A program made the translations under genes and the position numbers. A stretch of 64,000 nt of DNA from Nannocystis bainbridge (lineage in GTDB: Bacteria; Myxococcota_A; Polyangia; Nannocystales; Nannocystaceae): the NCBI RefSeq assembly GCF_028368995.1, contig NZ_JAQNDL010000001.1, forward strand, positions 2,688,001 to 2,752,000. The letters are read 5' to 3'. The notes below the pieces were generated by a model. The model saw only the letters and a list, made by a program, of their open reading frames with translations. It made no database searches and was not told the origin of the DNA. How positions within the stretch are numbered: the first letter of the stretch is position 1; every line of letters begins with the position of its first letter. This document shows positions 47,292-60,706 of the stretch, in pieces.

Positions 47292-48482
47292 TCAGGGCTT
47301 CATCTCGCAGTCCTTCTCCGGCATGGCGCCGATCCAGTCGCGGATCAGCTGGACCCCGTGCGCGTCGATCACCCGGTTCGGCAGCTCGGGCATCTTGATC
47401 TCCGGGTCGAGCGAGTCCATGCGGAACATGACGATGCTGTCGTCCGGCTTGCCCGGGACGATGTCGTGGTAGCGGCCCCCGGCGCCAGGGCCCGCGGCGG
47501 CCGGCACCTTGCACACGCCATACTTGGCCGGATCGCCCTCCCAGCCGAGGAACACCAGCCCGCTCTTGCCCGCGCCCGCGCCGAGGCGGTGGCAGTGCGA
47601 GCAATTGGCGTGCAGGTACGAGCGGGCCCGGTCGTCGAGCGAGGCGTCGCCGAACGGGTCGACGAACCGCGGCATCGCCTGCATGTCGGGCAGCGACCCC
47701 GCGAACATGTCCTGGGCGGCGAGCCACTCGATCTGGTTGACGGCCTGCCCGTCGACGCTCACCTGCATGTTGAGCTGATGGGTGATCACCCCCAGCAGGT
47801 GGGTGGTGTCGTCGCGCTCGTGGCAGCTCTCGCACTGGTCGAGGTTGGGCACGATGTACTCCTCGACCTGGGCCTCGCCGTCCTCGTCGATGAACTCGAC
47901 GTCGACCCGCTTGCCGATCTTGTGCAGCGTGGCCTCGGTCTGCTCGTCGTTCCACAGGTACGTCACCGACTGCCACGCGCCGGCCTCGAGGTACAGGAGG
48001 CGCGTCTCGATCATCCGCCGCCCCGCGGCCGGGTCGCGGCGGTCGTGGTCGAACCAGAAGTTCTTGATGATCACGGAGCCGTCCGGGAAGCTCCAGTCCT
48101 CGCCGTCGGTGAAGCCGATCGCGCCGCCCTCCGGCAGGACGATGAAGCGGCCCTTGCCGGCCGCGTCGGACCACAGCGGCGCGACCACCGTGTAGGGCAC
48201 CACGCCGTCCTTCGGCCCCAGGTCGACCATCGGGTCGCCGAAGAAATCGTAGTCGCTGAGCTTCGGCAGCGGCCACGGGCCCTCGAGCGGGCAGCGCGTG
48301 GACCCGGCGCACGGGTCGCCGGTGGTCGGCGCGGTCGTGTCGCCGGAGCCGGTGCCGGTGCCGGACGTCGTCTCGGTCCCGCCGGCCGTCTCGGTGTCCG
48401 CCTTGCCGGCCTCGCCGCAGCCGGCACCGACGATCAAGATGGCCGCAAGACCATGTCCTCGCATCCATGTCCTCCGGGGCAT
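47292..48482 (-). CDS. Diheme c-type cytochrome lipoprotein (SO2930/HNE_0200-like)
   Basis: CESCH and ARSYLHANCSHCH; KLSDYDFF, PLWSDAAGKGRF, IETRLL, KMPEL. Confidence 0.85.
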   Translation of the reverse strand: MPRRTWMRGHGLAAILIVGAGCGEAGKADTETAGGTETTSGTGTGSGDTTAPTTGDPCAGSTRCPLEGPWPLPKLSDYDFFGDPMVDLGPKDGVVPYTVVAPLWSDAAGKGRFIVLPEGGAIGFTDGEDWSFPDGSVIIKNFWFDHDRRDPAAGRRMIETRLLYLEAGAWQSVTYLWNDEQTEATLHKIGKRVDVEFIDEDGEAQVEEYIVPNLDQCESCHERDDTTHLLGVITHQLNMQVSVDGQAVNQIEWLAAQDMFAGSLPDMQAMPRFVDPFGDASLDDRARSYLHANCSHCHRLGAGAGKSGLVFLGWEGDPAKYGVCKVPAAAGPGAGGRYHDIVPGKPDDSIVMFRMDSLDPEIKMPELPNRVIDAHGVQLIRDWIGAMPEKDCEMKP

Positions 48483-48486
48483 GTCG
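48438..48486. repeat. 14-bp-period array over the cytochrome start region
   Basis: GATG 48438, CATG 48452, 48466, 48480. Confidence 0.82.
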
Positions 48487-48495
48487 GGTCTCCGT

Positions 48496-49884
48496 TCAGC
48501 CGGCCGGCAGCTCGGGCAGGCTGATGCCCTCGCAGGTGACCGGGCCCAGGTCGGTGCTCTTGTCGGCGAGGCCGCCGCACAGGTCGAAGTTCATGTAGTC
48601 GGCGTCGCCGTTCTGCCACAGGCAGTTGACCAGCGCCGGGTCCATCGCCATCGCGTCGGGGTCGAGGCAACCGTCGAAGATGATGTCGGGCGTGGGCACG
48701 CCGACCACCCCGTCGATCGGCGTGGCGGGCATCGTCCCGTTGTCCTCGAAGCTGTTGTCGTGGATGTAGTTGCCCTCGGCGTACTGATCGAAGTTGGGGT
48801 CCTCGGCCGGCTCGAGCCCGATCGCCTCGTTGTAGCTGACGAGGATCACGCCGGTGGTGCGGTTGCCGCGGATGATGTTGTCGCGGATCTCGTTCTCGTC
48901 GGCGGCCAGGACCATGAAGCCGATGCCCGGCGGGACCGCGGCCACCGAGGTGCCGGGGATGCCGAAGTTGTTGCCGTTGTTGTTCTCGACGATGTTCTCG
49001 TAGCAGAGCGTGTGCTTGCCGTCCTGGACCGGCAGGCCCGGGAGGTTGAAGATCAGGATGCCGGCGGTGTTGTCGTGGGTGTGGTTGCGGCGCACCGTCG
49101 CCCCGGTCGAGTTCTCGATCTCGATGCCGGCGACGTTGTCGTAGGCCTCGTTGTCCTCGACCAAAATGTTCGTCGACTGGCCGACGTAGATCCCCGCGTC
49201 GCGGGCGCCGATGACCCGCGAGTTGCGGATCACCACGCCGGTGGAGCCGACCGGGTAGAAGCCGTAGGCGCCGCTCTCCTCCGACTCCTTGGCGGCCCAC
49301 TCGACCGAGATGTCGTCGAAGGTGATGTCGGCGACGTCGTCGCCGCGGATGCCGTCGCCCGGCGTCTCCTTCACGGTGAACGACTTCACGGTGACGCCGT
49401 CGCCGCTGATCTTGATGCCGTTGGCGCCGAGGTCCTGGGTGCTGAAGTCGAGGATCGTCAGGTCGCGGCCGGCGCCGCGCAGGGTCAGGTTGTCGGCCGA
49501 GATCGAGATCTCGGTGTTGAGCGAGAAGGTGCCCTCGGCCATGCAGACGACGTCGCCGTCGGCCGCGTCGAGCAGCGCGCCTTGCAGCGCCGCAACGTCG
49601 TCGTCGCTCGGGCTGACGAGCGCGTCGCAGTCGGCCGGAATCGGCTCGCCGGTGGTCGGCTCGGTGCCCTGCGTACCGTCAGTCGTGGTCGGCTCGGTCC
49701 CCTGCGTGCCGTCGGTCCCCTGCGTGCCGTCGGTCCCCTGCGTGCCGGCGGTCGAGTCGGTGGTGTCGGTGTCGCCCTTGTCGTCGCCACCACATGCCCC
49801 GAGGGACAGGCTGAGCGCGAGGCCGGCGGCGGCGCGCGCGAAGGAGAGGGAGCGACAGGGACCAGGAGACTTCATGCCAGGCAT
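48496..49884 (-). CDS. Parallel beta-helix domain lipoprotein (usual partner of the diheme cytochrome)
   Basis: [43 protein letters not shown]; lipobox LGAC. Confidence 0.88.
   Translation of the reverse strand: MPGMKSPGPCRSLSFARAAAGLALSLSLGACGGDDKGDTDTTDSTAGTQGTDGTQGTDGTQGTEPTTTDGTQGTEPTTGEPIPADCDALVSPSDDDVAALQGALLDAADGDVVCMAEGTFSLNTEISISADNLTLRGAGRDLTILDFSTQDLGANGIKISGDGVTVKSFTVKETPGDGIRGDDVADITFDDISVEWAAKESEESGAYGFYPVGSTGVVIRNSRVIGARDAGIYVGQSTNILVEDNEAYDNVAGIEIENSTGATVRRNHTHDNTAGILIFNLPGLPVQDGKHTLCYENIVENNNGNNFGIPGTSVAAVPPGIGFMVLAADENEIRDNIIRGNRTTGVILVSYNEAIGLEPAEDPNFDQYAEGNYIHDNSFEDNGTMPATPIDGVVGVPTPDIIFDGCLDPDAMAMDPALVNCLWQNGDADYMNFDLCGGLADKSTDLGPVTCEGISLPELPAG
49660..49750 (-). repeat. 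18-bp in-frame tandem repeat (GTQGTD/E) in lipoprotein linker
   Basis: CCTGCGTGCCGTCGGTCC repeated on the + strand. Confidence 0.75.
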
Positions 49885-50066
49885 TTCACACCTTCATACC
49901 CGATGCGAGGACCGCGTCGCCAGATCGACGGTCGCGTGACGTCTTCTTCACGCACTGCACCGCGCACGCCGCCGCCGTGATGAGCCGCGGCAAAACGCAC
50001 GGGGCGCGGACCCGCGAGCGTCTGCGCAGACTGCGATAGAGTCGCCGACGGGGAGCCACTGACTCA

Positions 50067-52301
50067 ATGACTCAACGATTTTCTCGCCGCCAATTCTTGC
50101 GTGCGACGCTCGTCAGCGTCGTCTCCGCCGGCCTGTCCGCCTGCAAGGGCGACGGCGACGGGGTCACCGACAGCGACGGCTCGACGGGCACGGACGGCAC
50201 CGAACCGACCGGCAGCACCGCGCCGACGACCGGCGCCGAGGAGCCGCTGCTCGACGGTGAGGCGTACTTTCCCCAGTCGGTGGCGTCCGGCGACCCGCGG
50301 CCCGACAGCGTGATCCTGTGGACCCGCATCGACGACGCTGCGGCGGGCGACGGTGATCTCGAGCTCACCGTGGAGGTGGCGACCGACCCCGAATTCACGG
50401 TGCGCGTCGACCTCGACGCGGCCAGCGCGGCGGTCCCGTCCCGCGCGATGTTCGACCGCTGCGCCAAGGCCAAGATCAAGGGCCTCGAGCCCGCGACCAC
50501 CTATTATTATAGATTCGTTCACAATCGCGAAGACGGCCGATACGCCAGCCAGGTCGGCAAAACCCGCACTGCGCCGGCTCCTGAGGCCGATGTCGCGGTC
50601 CGCTTCGCCTACGCGTCGTGCCAGGATTTCAACGGCCGCTATTATAATAGCTACCGCGGCCTGCTGGCCGAGCCGGATCTGGACTTCTTCGTTCACCTCG
50701 GTGACTACATCTACGAAACTACCGGCGACCCGACGTTCCAGGCGGCCGGCCGCGGGATCGCGTTCTCGGACACGGCCGGGGCGATCGTGTTCAACGAGGG
50801 CACCGAGACCGAGTACTTCGCGGCCAAGAGCCTCAGCAATTACCGCGAGCTGTACCGCGGCTATCGCTCCGACCCGGCGCTGCGGCGCGTGCACGAGAGC
50901 CTGGCGATGATCGCGGTGTGGGACGACCACGAGTTCAGCGACGACTGCTTCGGCGCGACCGCGACCTACTTCGACGGCCGCGTCGACGAGCACGACGAGG
51001 CCCGCCGCAAGCACGCCAACCAGGCGTGGTTCGAGTACATGCCGATCGACTTCGGCGACGACGAATTCGTGTACGACCCGAGCAAGCCGTACCCGCAGGA
51101 CATCAAGATCTACCGCGATTTCCGGTTCGGCAAGCACCTCCACCTGGTGATGACCGACCTCCGCAGCTATCGCCCCGACCACCTGATCCCCGAGGACGGG
51201 TTCCCCGGCGCAGTGGTGCTCGACGAGGCCGCGCTGGTCGAGCAATTCGGCTCGCTGCCCGAGTTCGCCGGGCCGTACGTCGACGACATCGACACCTACC
51301 AGGACGGCGTCTACAAGGACGCGCTGACCGCCGCCGCCGCCGCGCTCGGCTTCGACCCCGCGCTCGTCACCGGCAAGATCGACGCGAACTTCATCAACAA
51401 CACCCTGGCCGCGGTCGACGATGCGACCCCGCCGATCGACGAGGCCGAGCTGGCGACGCTGCCGCGCGGGCTGTCGTTCCTCGGCCTCGGCAAGCGCGGC
51501 ATCCACGGCTCGATCGGCGCCCGCTACTTCGTCGTCAAGCCGGCCTTCGACGCCTGGGCGGCGGCCCGCGCCAAGGCGGAGCCGGCCTCGGTCGACGTCA
51601 TGGGCGCGGCCCAGCGCGAGTGGTTCCTGCAGACCATGAAGGGCTCGACGGCGACGTGGAAGGTGTGGGGCACCGAGTACACGCTGATGCCGCTGGTGAT
51701 CGACCTGACGTCGTTCCCGATCGAGCCGTTCAACCAGCTCTACTACATCAACGTCGACCAGTGGGACGGCTTCAACCCGGCCCGCGACGCGCTGCTCGGC
51801 GAGCTGCAGGCGGTCGACAACGTGGTCGCCATCACCGGTGACATCCACGCCTTCTACGCCGGCACGCCGATGGTCGCCGGCGCGCCCGACGAGAAGATCG
51901 TCGAGCTGGTCGGCGCGGGCATCAGCTCGACGCCGTTCCAGTCGCTGCTGGTGCTGCAGGTCGCGGCCGACCCGACCCTCAGCAGCCTGCCGGGCGCCGG
52001 CATGCTGGCCGCGGCGATCGACGCCCTGTTCACCGGCACGACCACCAACCCGCACCTCGCCTTCGCCGACTCGAGCCGCAACGGCTTCGTCAGCGTGGTC
52101 GTCGACGGGGCCGGGTTCGACGCGACCTTCCACATGCTGAGCGAGAGCGAGTCGCTGATCGACTACGAGGGCATGGACGACGCCCTGGCCGGCAAGTTCA
52201 AGCGCGAGAAGTTCCAGGTCAAGCCCGGCGGGCGCGACCTCTACCGCGACTTCGCCGGCACCTACAAGCGCTGGGACCCGACCACCAACACGTGGGTCTG
52301 A
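50067..52301 (+). CDS. phoD: Alkaline phosphatase D, Tat-exported lipoprotein
   Basis: SRRQFLR Tat motif + LSAC; FPQSVASGDP, ILWTR, ASCQ, HLGDYIYE, WDDHE, DQWDGF, TGDIH. Confidence 0.92.
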   Translation: MTQRFSRRQFLRATLVSVVSAGLSACKGDGDGVTDSDGSTGTDGTEPTGSTAPTTGAEEPLLDGEAYFPQSVASGDPRPDSVILWTRIDDAAAGDGDLELTVEVATDPEFTVRVDLDAASAAVPSRAMFDRCAKAKIKGLEPATTYYYRFVHNREDGRYASQVGKTRTAPAPEADVAVRFAYASCQDFNGRYYNSYRGLLAEPDLDFFVHLGDYIYETTGDPTFQAAGRGIAFSDTAGAIVFNEGTETEYFAAKSLSNYRELYRGYRSDPALRRVHESLAMIAVWDDHEFSDDCFGATATYFDGRVDEHDEARRKHANQAWFEYMPIDFGDDEFVYDPSKPYPQDIKIYRDFRFGKHLHLVMTDLRSYRPDHLIPEDGFPGAVVLDEAALVEQFGSLPEFAGPYVDDIDTYQDGVYKDALTAAAAALGFDPALVTGKIDANFINNTLAAVDDATPPIDEAELATLPRGLSFLGLGKRGIHGSIGARYFVVKPAFDAWAAARAKAEPASVDVMGAAQREWFLQTMKGSTATWKVWGTEYTLMPLVIDLTSFPIEPFNQLYYINVDQWDGFNPARDALLGELQAVDNVVAITGDIHAFYAGTPMVAGAPDEKIVELVGAGISSTPFQSLLVLQVAADPTLSSLPGAGMLAAAIDALFTGTTTNPHLAFADSSRNGFVSVVVDGAGFDATFHMLSESESLIDYEGMDDALAGKFKREKFQVKPGGRDLYRDFAGTYKRWDPTTNTWV

Positions 52302-52342
52302 CCTTTCGGACATGGCCGATCGGGCATGTCCGAAGCGACACC
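52297..52342. repeat. 14-bp-period array immediately after the phoD stop
   Basis: TCTG 52297, CATG 52311, CATG 52325, CACC 52339. Confidence 0.75.
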
Positions 52343-52350
52343 CGATCCGC

Positions 52351-52387
52351 AAAATAAAACGCGGCCACCGCCGATGCGGTGGCCGCG
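52351..52387 (-). terminator. Rho-independent terminator for the minus-strand lipoprotein gene
   Basis: CGCGGCCACCGC-CGAT-GCGGTGGCCGCG hairpin preceded by AAAATAAAA on + (U-tract on -). Confidence 0.8.
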
Positions 52388-52430
52388 GTGGGCCGCCCCG
52401 GGCTCCCTCCCCGGGACGCGCTCACGGAGC

Positions 52431-53477
52431 TCAGAGCACGTTGAAGATGAGGGCGAAGACGGCCGCCTTGGCGCTGCCGGCGGTGCCCGTCAGCCCGGTG
52501 GCGGCGCCGTCGACCTCGACGGTGAACTTCTCGGCGATCGACGGGTTCAGCAGGATGAACACGCCGTTGCTGCTGGTGCCGTCGATGTTGAAGCCCATGC
52601 CGTCCTCGTCGAGGTAGCGGATCGGCGCGGTCGAGCCGTCGCTCTCCGGAATGACCCGCGCGCCGGCGACCGGGGCGCCGTCCTTGCGCACGAGGCCGAC
52701 CACGCCGCCGTTTTCGCCGAGCGGCAGGGCGTCGAGGACCGCCTGGTCGGCGTCGGCCTCGAGGTAACCTGACCATTCGGTCAGCTTGGCGGTGGGCACG
52801 GTCCAGATGTCGTGGATGCCGTTGAGCGGCGGGTACAGCGTGGTGCCCTCGTAGGGCTGGGCCAGGCCGGTGGCGGTGAGGTAGTAGTCGCCGCCGCCGA
52901 CGACGCCGATGACGCCGATGCCGGTGTTGACCGGGGTCTCGGAGGTGGCGTCGATGCGGCCGTCAGCGCCGGAGGTGACCTTGACGATGTCGACCGCGCT
53001 GTCGATGCCCTGAATGGCAGCCAGGGCGCCGACGACCCGCAGCTCGGCGCCGGCGATCGGCGCACCGGTGGCGAAGTCGGTCAGCGTGCCGATGAAGCGG
53101 GTGTTGCCGCACTCGGCCCGCGCGCCGCAGACGGCGTCGGTCTGGCTGTCGGTCCACTTGACGCACGACTCGGACTCGCAGTCGGCGTTGGCGGTGCACG
53201 GCGAACCCTCGGCGCCGGCGCCCGGCATCTGCATGCCATCCTCGCACGCGCCGCTGGTGGTGGTCGGCGTGGTCGTGCCCGCGGTGTCGTCGGTCGTCGC
53301 GGTCCCGTCCGTGGCGTCGGTCGTCGTCGTCGTCGGCGTCGTGCCGGCGGTCGACTCGGTGCTCTCGGAGGTGCCCGTCGACGCGTCGGTCGCGGTGGTG
53401 CCTTTGTCGTCGCCACAGCCGACCGTCGCAACGAGCGCGGTCAGCAAACTCAGAGTAACCAGGGAAGTGCGCTGCAT
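52431..53477 (-). CDS. Lipoprotein with Thr-rich linker, Cys knot and carboxypeptidase-regulatory-like beta-sandwich
   Basis: TVGCGDD lipobox; CTANADCESESC; GTLTDFATGAPIAGAEL; GAPVAGARV. Confidence 0.75.
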   Translation of the reverse strand: MQRTSLVTLSLLTALVATVGCGDDKGTTATDASTGTSESTESTAGTTPTTTTTDATDGTATTDDTAGTTTPTTTSGACEDGMQMPGAGAEGSPCTANADCESESCVKWTDSQTDAVCGARAECGNTRFIGTLTDFATGAPIAGAELRVVGALAAIQGIDSAVDIVKVTSGADGRIDATSETPVNTGIGVIGVVGGGDYYLTATGLAQPYEGTTLYPPLNGIHDIWTVPTAKLTEWSGYLEADADQAVLDALPLGENGGVVGLVRKDGAPVAGARVIPESDGSTAPIRYLDEDGMGFNIDGTSSNGVFILLNPSIAEKFTVEVDGAATGLTGTAGSAKAAVFALIFNVL

Positions 53478-53616
53478 GGTCGTAGTCGGCGCCACGGTAC
53501 ACAGGCGAGACCCGCCGCGCAACCGACGCCGGCAGCACGATCGCTTCCGCAAACGCGAGCGGGCCCGCACGCTGCGCGCGCGGGCCCGGGACCTCACCGC
53601 GGACTTGAAGCCGCGA

Positions 53617-54369
53617 TCACTGCCGCGTCTCGACGTAACCCTTCGGCACCGCGTACTTGAAGTCCTTGGCCGCCAGGTTCTGGTTGCTGGCGACGTCGGT
53701 CAGCACGAAATGGTTGGTGCTGTTGTCCTGCGCCCGGACCACGAACGAGTCGACCCGGCCCGTGAGGTCGTCGACGATCAGCAGCAGCGACTTGTAGTGC
53801 GGGTTCTGCTCCTTGGGCTTGAGCTCGATGACCTTGTGCCCCGGCATGCCGTAGCTCTTGGTCGGCTGCTCGGGCGCCATCCGCACCTTGAACTCCTTGA
53901 TCAGCTTCTGCCCGCCGAACAGGAACTTCATCGCGCCGGCGAGGTTCGAGTTGCCCTCGACCTTCTGGCTGACGACCTGCCGCGTGTCGTGCTCGACCAC
54001 CCACAGCTTCTGGCCGTCGACATAAAAGTCGGGGTCGGCCTTGCCCTCGTAGTCCCACACCATCATGCCGGGCTTCTTGAGCCGGAGGTCGCCGTTGCTG
54101 ACCGTGCGCGTGCCGTAGACCGGGTGCACGTAGGTCTGCTTGAACTTGCAGACGAGGTCGGTGGTGCCGTCGTAGAACGACTGCACCGAAGCGAGCACAG
54201 CCGAAGCGGACGGTTTCACGTCGGGCGCCGCGACCGGCGCAGCGGCCGCTTGTGCGGAGGCCCCCTGGGTCACGCTCAGGGGCAGCAGCGGAGCATCCAT
54301 CGCGTCGGCGAGAGCAACATCGCTGCAGAAGAGGCCGAGAGAGAGCGCGCAGATCGTGAAGGCTTCCAT
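53617..54369 (-). CDS. lolA: Outer-membrane lipoprotein carrier LolA
   Basis: FKQTY...GDLRLKKPGMMVWDY...FYVDGQKLW; directly downstream of ftsK (conserved synteny). Confidence 0.88.
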   Translation of the reverse strand: MEAFTICALSLGLFCSDVALADAMDAPLLPLSVTQGASAQAAAAPVAAPDVKPSASAVLASVQSFYDGTTDLVCKFKQTYVHPVYGTRTVSNGDLRLKKPGMMVWDYEGKADPDFYVDGQKLWVVEHDTRQVVSQKVEGNSNLAGAMKFLFGGQKLIKEFKVRMAPEQPTKSYGMPGHKVIELKPKEQNPHYKSLLLIVDDLTGRVDSFVVRAQDNSTNHFVLTDVASNQNLAAKDFKYAVPKGYVETRQ

Positions 54370-54532
54370 GTTTGTGCTCCTGGGGCGGTGCCCCGTGGCC
54401 GTGAAGACGGGCGGTGGCTGGGGGCGATTCACCGCCGCGCCGTCGCCGCGAGCGCCGCCGCGCAGGGCCGCGCCGCGAGATTCCTAGCACACTTCCAGGC
54501 GTGCAGGCCCGGGCAGCGGAGATCTCGCCGAC

Positions 54533-57478
<2,946 letters not shown>

Positions 57479-57590
57479 TTTCTCTGTGATCTCGCTGCGT
57501 TATGGCCCGAATGCCGGGCCCGGACCGCGAGGGTAAGCCCCGAACACGAGATGCGTCAAAAATTTGGCCGGCATGGGATAGCCTTCCGCC

Positions 57591-58409
57591 ATGCGCAAGC
57601 TCGCCGTCCTCACGCTCCTGTCCACGCTGGCCCTGACCGGCTGCAAACGCAAAGAACTCGAGGCAGCCCTCGCCGAGACGCAGGCCAAGCTGTCGAAGAC
57701 CGAGGGCGATCTGCGGAGCGAGCAGGGCAAGAACAAGCAGTTGAACGAGGAGAACACCTCGCTCAAGGACAAGATCGCCCAGCTCGAGAAGGACGTGGCG
57801 CGCCTCGGCAACGAGATCAAGGTGCTCGAGGAGCAGAACGCCGACCTCGCGCGCAAGGCCGGCGCGACCGCCGACGAGCTCAAGAAGCTGCGCGACGAGA
57901 AGGCCAAGCGCCTGGCCGAGCTGCAGGTCTACAAGGACCTGTTCGCCAAGCTCAAGTCGCTCATCGACGCCGGCACGATCCAGGTCGAGGTCCGCAAGGG
58001 CCGCTTCGTCGTCAAGCTGGCCAGCAGCATCCTGTTCGACTCCGGCAAGACCGACCTCAAGCCCGAGGGTCAGGCCGCGCTTTCGAACCTCGCCGGCGCG
58101 CTCAAGAGCCTCAACGATCGCGAGTGGCTGGTCGCCGGCCACACCGACAACGTCCCGATCAAGACCGCCAAGTTCAAGAACAACTGGGAGCTGTCGACCG
58201 CCCGCTCGGTCGAGGTCGTGCAGTTCCTCGTCACCCAGGGCATGCCGCAGGGCACCCTCGGCGCCGCTGGTTACGGCGACGTCGACCCGGTCGCCGACAA
58301 CACCAGCGAGGACGGCAAGGCCAAGAACCGCCGCATCGAGATCGTCCTGATGCCGCTGCTCGGCGAGATCCCCGGCCTCAAGGAGATGCTCACCGGCGGC
58401 CAGAGCTGA
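57591..58409 (+). CDS. OmpA/MotB-family peptidoglycan-binding lipoprotein with coiled coil
   Basis: LTGC lipobox; ILFDSG, VAGHTDNVP, NWELSTARS, AAGYG, NRRIEI. Confidence 0.92.
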   Translation: MRKLAVLTLLSTLALTGCKRKELEAALAETQAKLSKTEGDLRSEQGKNKQLNEENTSLKDKIAQLEKDVARLGNEIKVLEEQNADLARKAGATADELKKLRDEKAKRLAELQVYKDLFAKLKSLIDAGTIQVEVRKGRFVVKLASSILFDSGKTDLKPEGQAALSNLAGALKSLNDREWLVAGHTDNVPIKTAKFKNNWELSTARSVEVVQFLVTQGMPQGTLGAAGYGDVDPVADNTSEDGKAKNRRIEIVLMPLLGEIPGLKEMLTGGQS

Positions 58410-58431
58410 GCCCCGGTTCGCCCCGCCCACG

Positions 58432-58459
58432 CGGCCGCCTCCGGGCGGCCGTCTTCGTT
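58432..58459 (+). terminator. Probable intrinsic terminator
   Basis: CGGCCGCC-TCCG-GGCGGCCG followed by TCTTCGTT. Confidence 0.55.
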
Positions 58460-58508
58460 GGGTCACCGGCGTGCGCTCGGCGTGCGCGACGGGCTCGCCG
58501 CGCTCGCC

Positions 58509-58994
58509 TCACGCCAGCACGCGCAGGTGCTTGCGCTCGATCAGGTCGAGCTGCACCCGCAGGTTGGCCTGGCCGGCCACGTGCCAGCGGTCGCCGGGCG
58601 TCGATGGTTGCACCTGCAAGAGCGGCGTCCCGGGCATCTCGGTCAGCTCGCCGTCGTCGTCGCGCACGTGGTAGAGCGCGGCGTAGGGCGCGTTGGCGAT
58701 CGAGCCATGGATGATGAGCTGGACGTCGAGCACCCCGCGGCGCGCGGCGACCCGCAGGACCTCGGTGCAGCGGCTGCGCGGCACCCGGTACAGCCGCGGC
58801 GCCGGCTCGAGCTCGCGGCGGTAGGCGATCGTCGGGCCCAGCACCGCGTTGCGGTTGAGCTGCAGCTCGACGCGGATCCCCTGCGACGGCGGCGCCTCCG
58901 GCGACAGCGGCCGCTCGAGCGACACCCAGCGCAGCCAGACCACGAACGCGTCGCGGTCGAGATCGAAGGCGAGGCGCGGGTAGACGACCTCCAC
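58509..58994 (-). CDS. Hypothetical protein (start uncertain)
   Basis: Balanced composition and GC3-biased codons; fills the gap between motB-like and ligase genes. Confidence 0.55.
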   Translation of the reverse strand: MEVVYPRLAFDLDRDAFVVWLRWVSLERPLSPEAPPSQGIRVELQLNRNAVLGPTIAYRRELEPAPRLYRVPRSRCTEVLRVAARRGVLDVQLIIHGSIANAPYAALYHVRDDDGELTEMPGTPLLQVQPSTPGDRWHVAGQANLRVQLDLIERKHLRVLA

Positions 58995-59125
58995 GGGGCG
59001 GGGAACATACCGCAGCTCGCCCGCCTGTGGGGGCGCGGCGGCGCGGCGGCCGGGGCTCCGTGAGGCCTCGCACCCGCCCGCGGCTGCCCGTGCGCGCGGC
59101 CCTTGTGGGATTTTGCCCGCGCCCC

Positions 59126-60706
59126 ATGCCTGCACCGATCGTCGTCCCCGATCGCCTCAACATGGTCGAGTGGTTCCTCGACGCCCGCGTCGCCGAGGGC
59201 CTCGGCGACAAGACCGCGATCTACTGCGGCGACGCGCAGGTGACCTACCGCGAGCTGGTGGCCGCGTCGTGTCGCGTCACCAACCTGCTGCGCTCGCTCG
59301 GCCTGCGCATCGAGGATCGCGTGCAGCTGCTGCTGCTCGACACCCCGGAGTTCGCGGCCGCGTACTTCGGCGTGTTGCGGGCCGGCTGCGTGGCGGTGCC
59401 GACCAACACCTGGCTGCTGCCGGCCGACTACGCCTACTACCTCGAGTACGCGCGGCCGCGGGTGGTGATCGTCGACGCCGAGATCTACCCGCAGCTCGAG
59501 CCCGTGTGGCGCGAAGCGCCCTACCCGCCGATCGTGATCGTCGTCGACCGTGCCGGCGAACCTGTCCCGAAGGACACCCTCGACTGGCACGCCGAGCTGG
59601 CCCGCCAGCCCGACACCGCGCGCACCGAGCCGACCTATCGCGACGACTTCTCGACCTGGCTCTCGTCGTCGGGCTCGACCGGCAAGCCCAAGTGCGTCGT
59701 CCACATGCACCACGATTTCGTGTGGAACACCGTCGCCTACGCCCAGCGGACCCTCGGCATCACCCGCGACGACATCACGATCTCCGCGCCCAAGCTGTTC
59801 TTCGGCTACGCGCTGGCCAGCAACATGCTGTTCCCGTTCAGCGTCGGCGGCAGCTGCGTGATGGTGCCCGAGCGCGTCGCGCCCGAGCGCTGGTACGGCC
59901 TGATCGAGCGGTACCGCGCGACCCAGTTCGTGACCGTGCCGACGACGATCGCCAAGATGCTCGACCACCTCGACGAGGCCGGGCGGCGCGACCTGTCGTC
60001 GCTGCACTCGCTGGTCAGCGCCGGCGAGGCGCTGCCGTCGCGGCTGTACCGGCTGTGGAAGCAGTCGACCGGGGTCGAGATCTTCGACGGCATCGGCTCG
60101 GCCGAGATGTTCCACGTCTACATCACCAACCGCCCCGGCGACGTCAAGGACGGCAGCCTCGGCAAGCTCGTCGACGGCTACACCTACCGCCTGATCGACG
60201 ACGACGGGCGCGACGTGCCGCCCGGCGAGATCGGCACCCTCGTGATCACCGGGCCCTCGGCCGGCCAGGGCTACTGGCGCATGCGCGACCAGAGCCGCGC
60301 GACCTTCTGGGGCGACTCGGTCAAGGGCGCCGACAAGTTCCACGTCGACAGCGACGGCTACTTCTGGTTCTGCGGCCGCGGCGACGACATGCTCAAGTGC
60401 TCGGGCGTGTACGTCTCGCCGGTCGAGGTCGAGAACTGCCTCCTCGGCCACCCGGCCGTGCACGAGGCCGGGGTGGTCGGCTACCGCGACGCCGACGGGC
60501 TCGAGCGCGCGGTCGCCTACGTCGAGCTGGCCGCCGGGCACGCCGCCGGCGAGGCGCTGGCCGCCGAGATCCTGGCCCACGCCCGTGCCAACATCGCCGC
60601 CTTCAAGGCCCCGCGCCGGGTCGAGTTCATCGCCACCCTGCCGCGCACCGAGACCGGCAAGATCAAGCGCGGCGAGCTGCGCAAGCTGGCCGCCGCGCTC
60701 ACCTGA
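59126..60706 (+). CDS. Benzoate/4-hydroxybenzoate-CoA ligase family protein
   Basis: SSGSTGKPK, SAPKLFFGYAL, SAGEALP, DGIGSAEMFHVY, GRGDDMLK, PRTETGKIKR. Confidence 0.88.
   Translation: MPAPIVVPDRLNMVEWFLDARVAEGLGDKTAIYCGDAQVTYRELVAASCRVTNLLRSLGLRIEDRVQLLLLDTPEFAAAYFGVLRAGCVAVPTNTWLLPADYAYYLEYARPRVVIVDAEIYPQLEPVWREAPYPPIVIVVDRAGEPVPKDTLDWHAELARQPDTARTEPTYRDDFSTWLSSSGSTGKPKCVVHMHHDFVWNTVAYAQRTLGITRDDITISAPKLFFGYALASNMLFPFSVGGSCVMVPERVAPERWYGLIERYRATQFVTVPTTIAKMLDHLDEAGRRDLSSLHSLVSAGEALPSRLYRLWKQSTGVEIFDGIGSAEMFHVYITNRPGDVKDGSLGKLVDGYTYRLIDDDGRDVPPGEIGTLVITGPSAGQGYWRMRDQSRATFWGDSVKGADKFHVDSDGYFWFCGRGDDMLKCSGVYVSPVEVENCLLGHPAVHEAGVVGYRDADGLERAVAYVELAAGHAAGEALAAEILAHARANIAAFKAPRRVEFIATLPRTETGKIKRGELRKLAAALT
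59563..59576. repeat. Perfect single TGTCC-N4-GGACA site in CDS
   Basis: TGTCCCGAAGGACA. Confidence 0.7.

Noticed and set aside
57591-58409. Flagellar stator motB
   Set aside because: It has a lipobox and coiled coil rather than a TM helix with the conserved Asp, and there are no motA or flagellar genes adjacent
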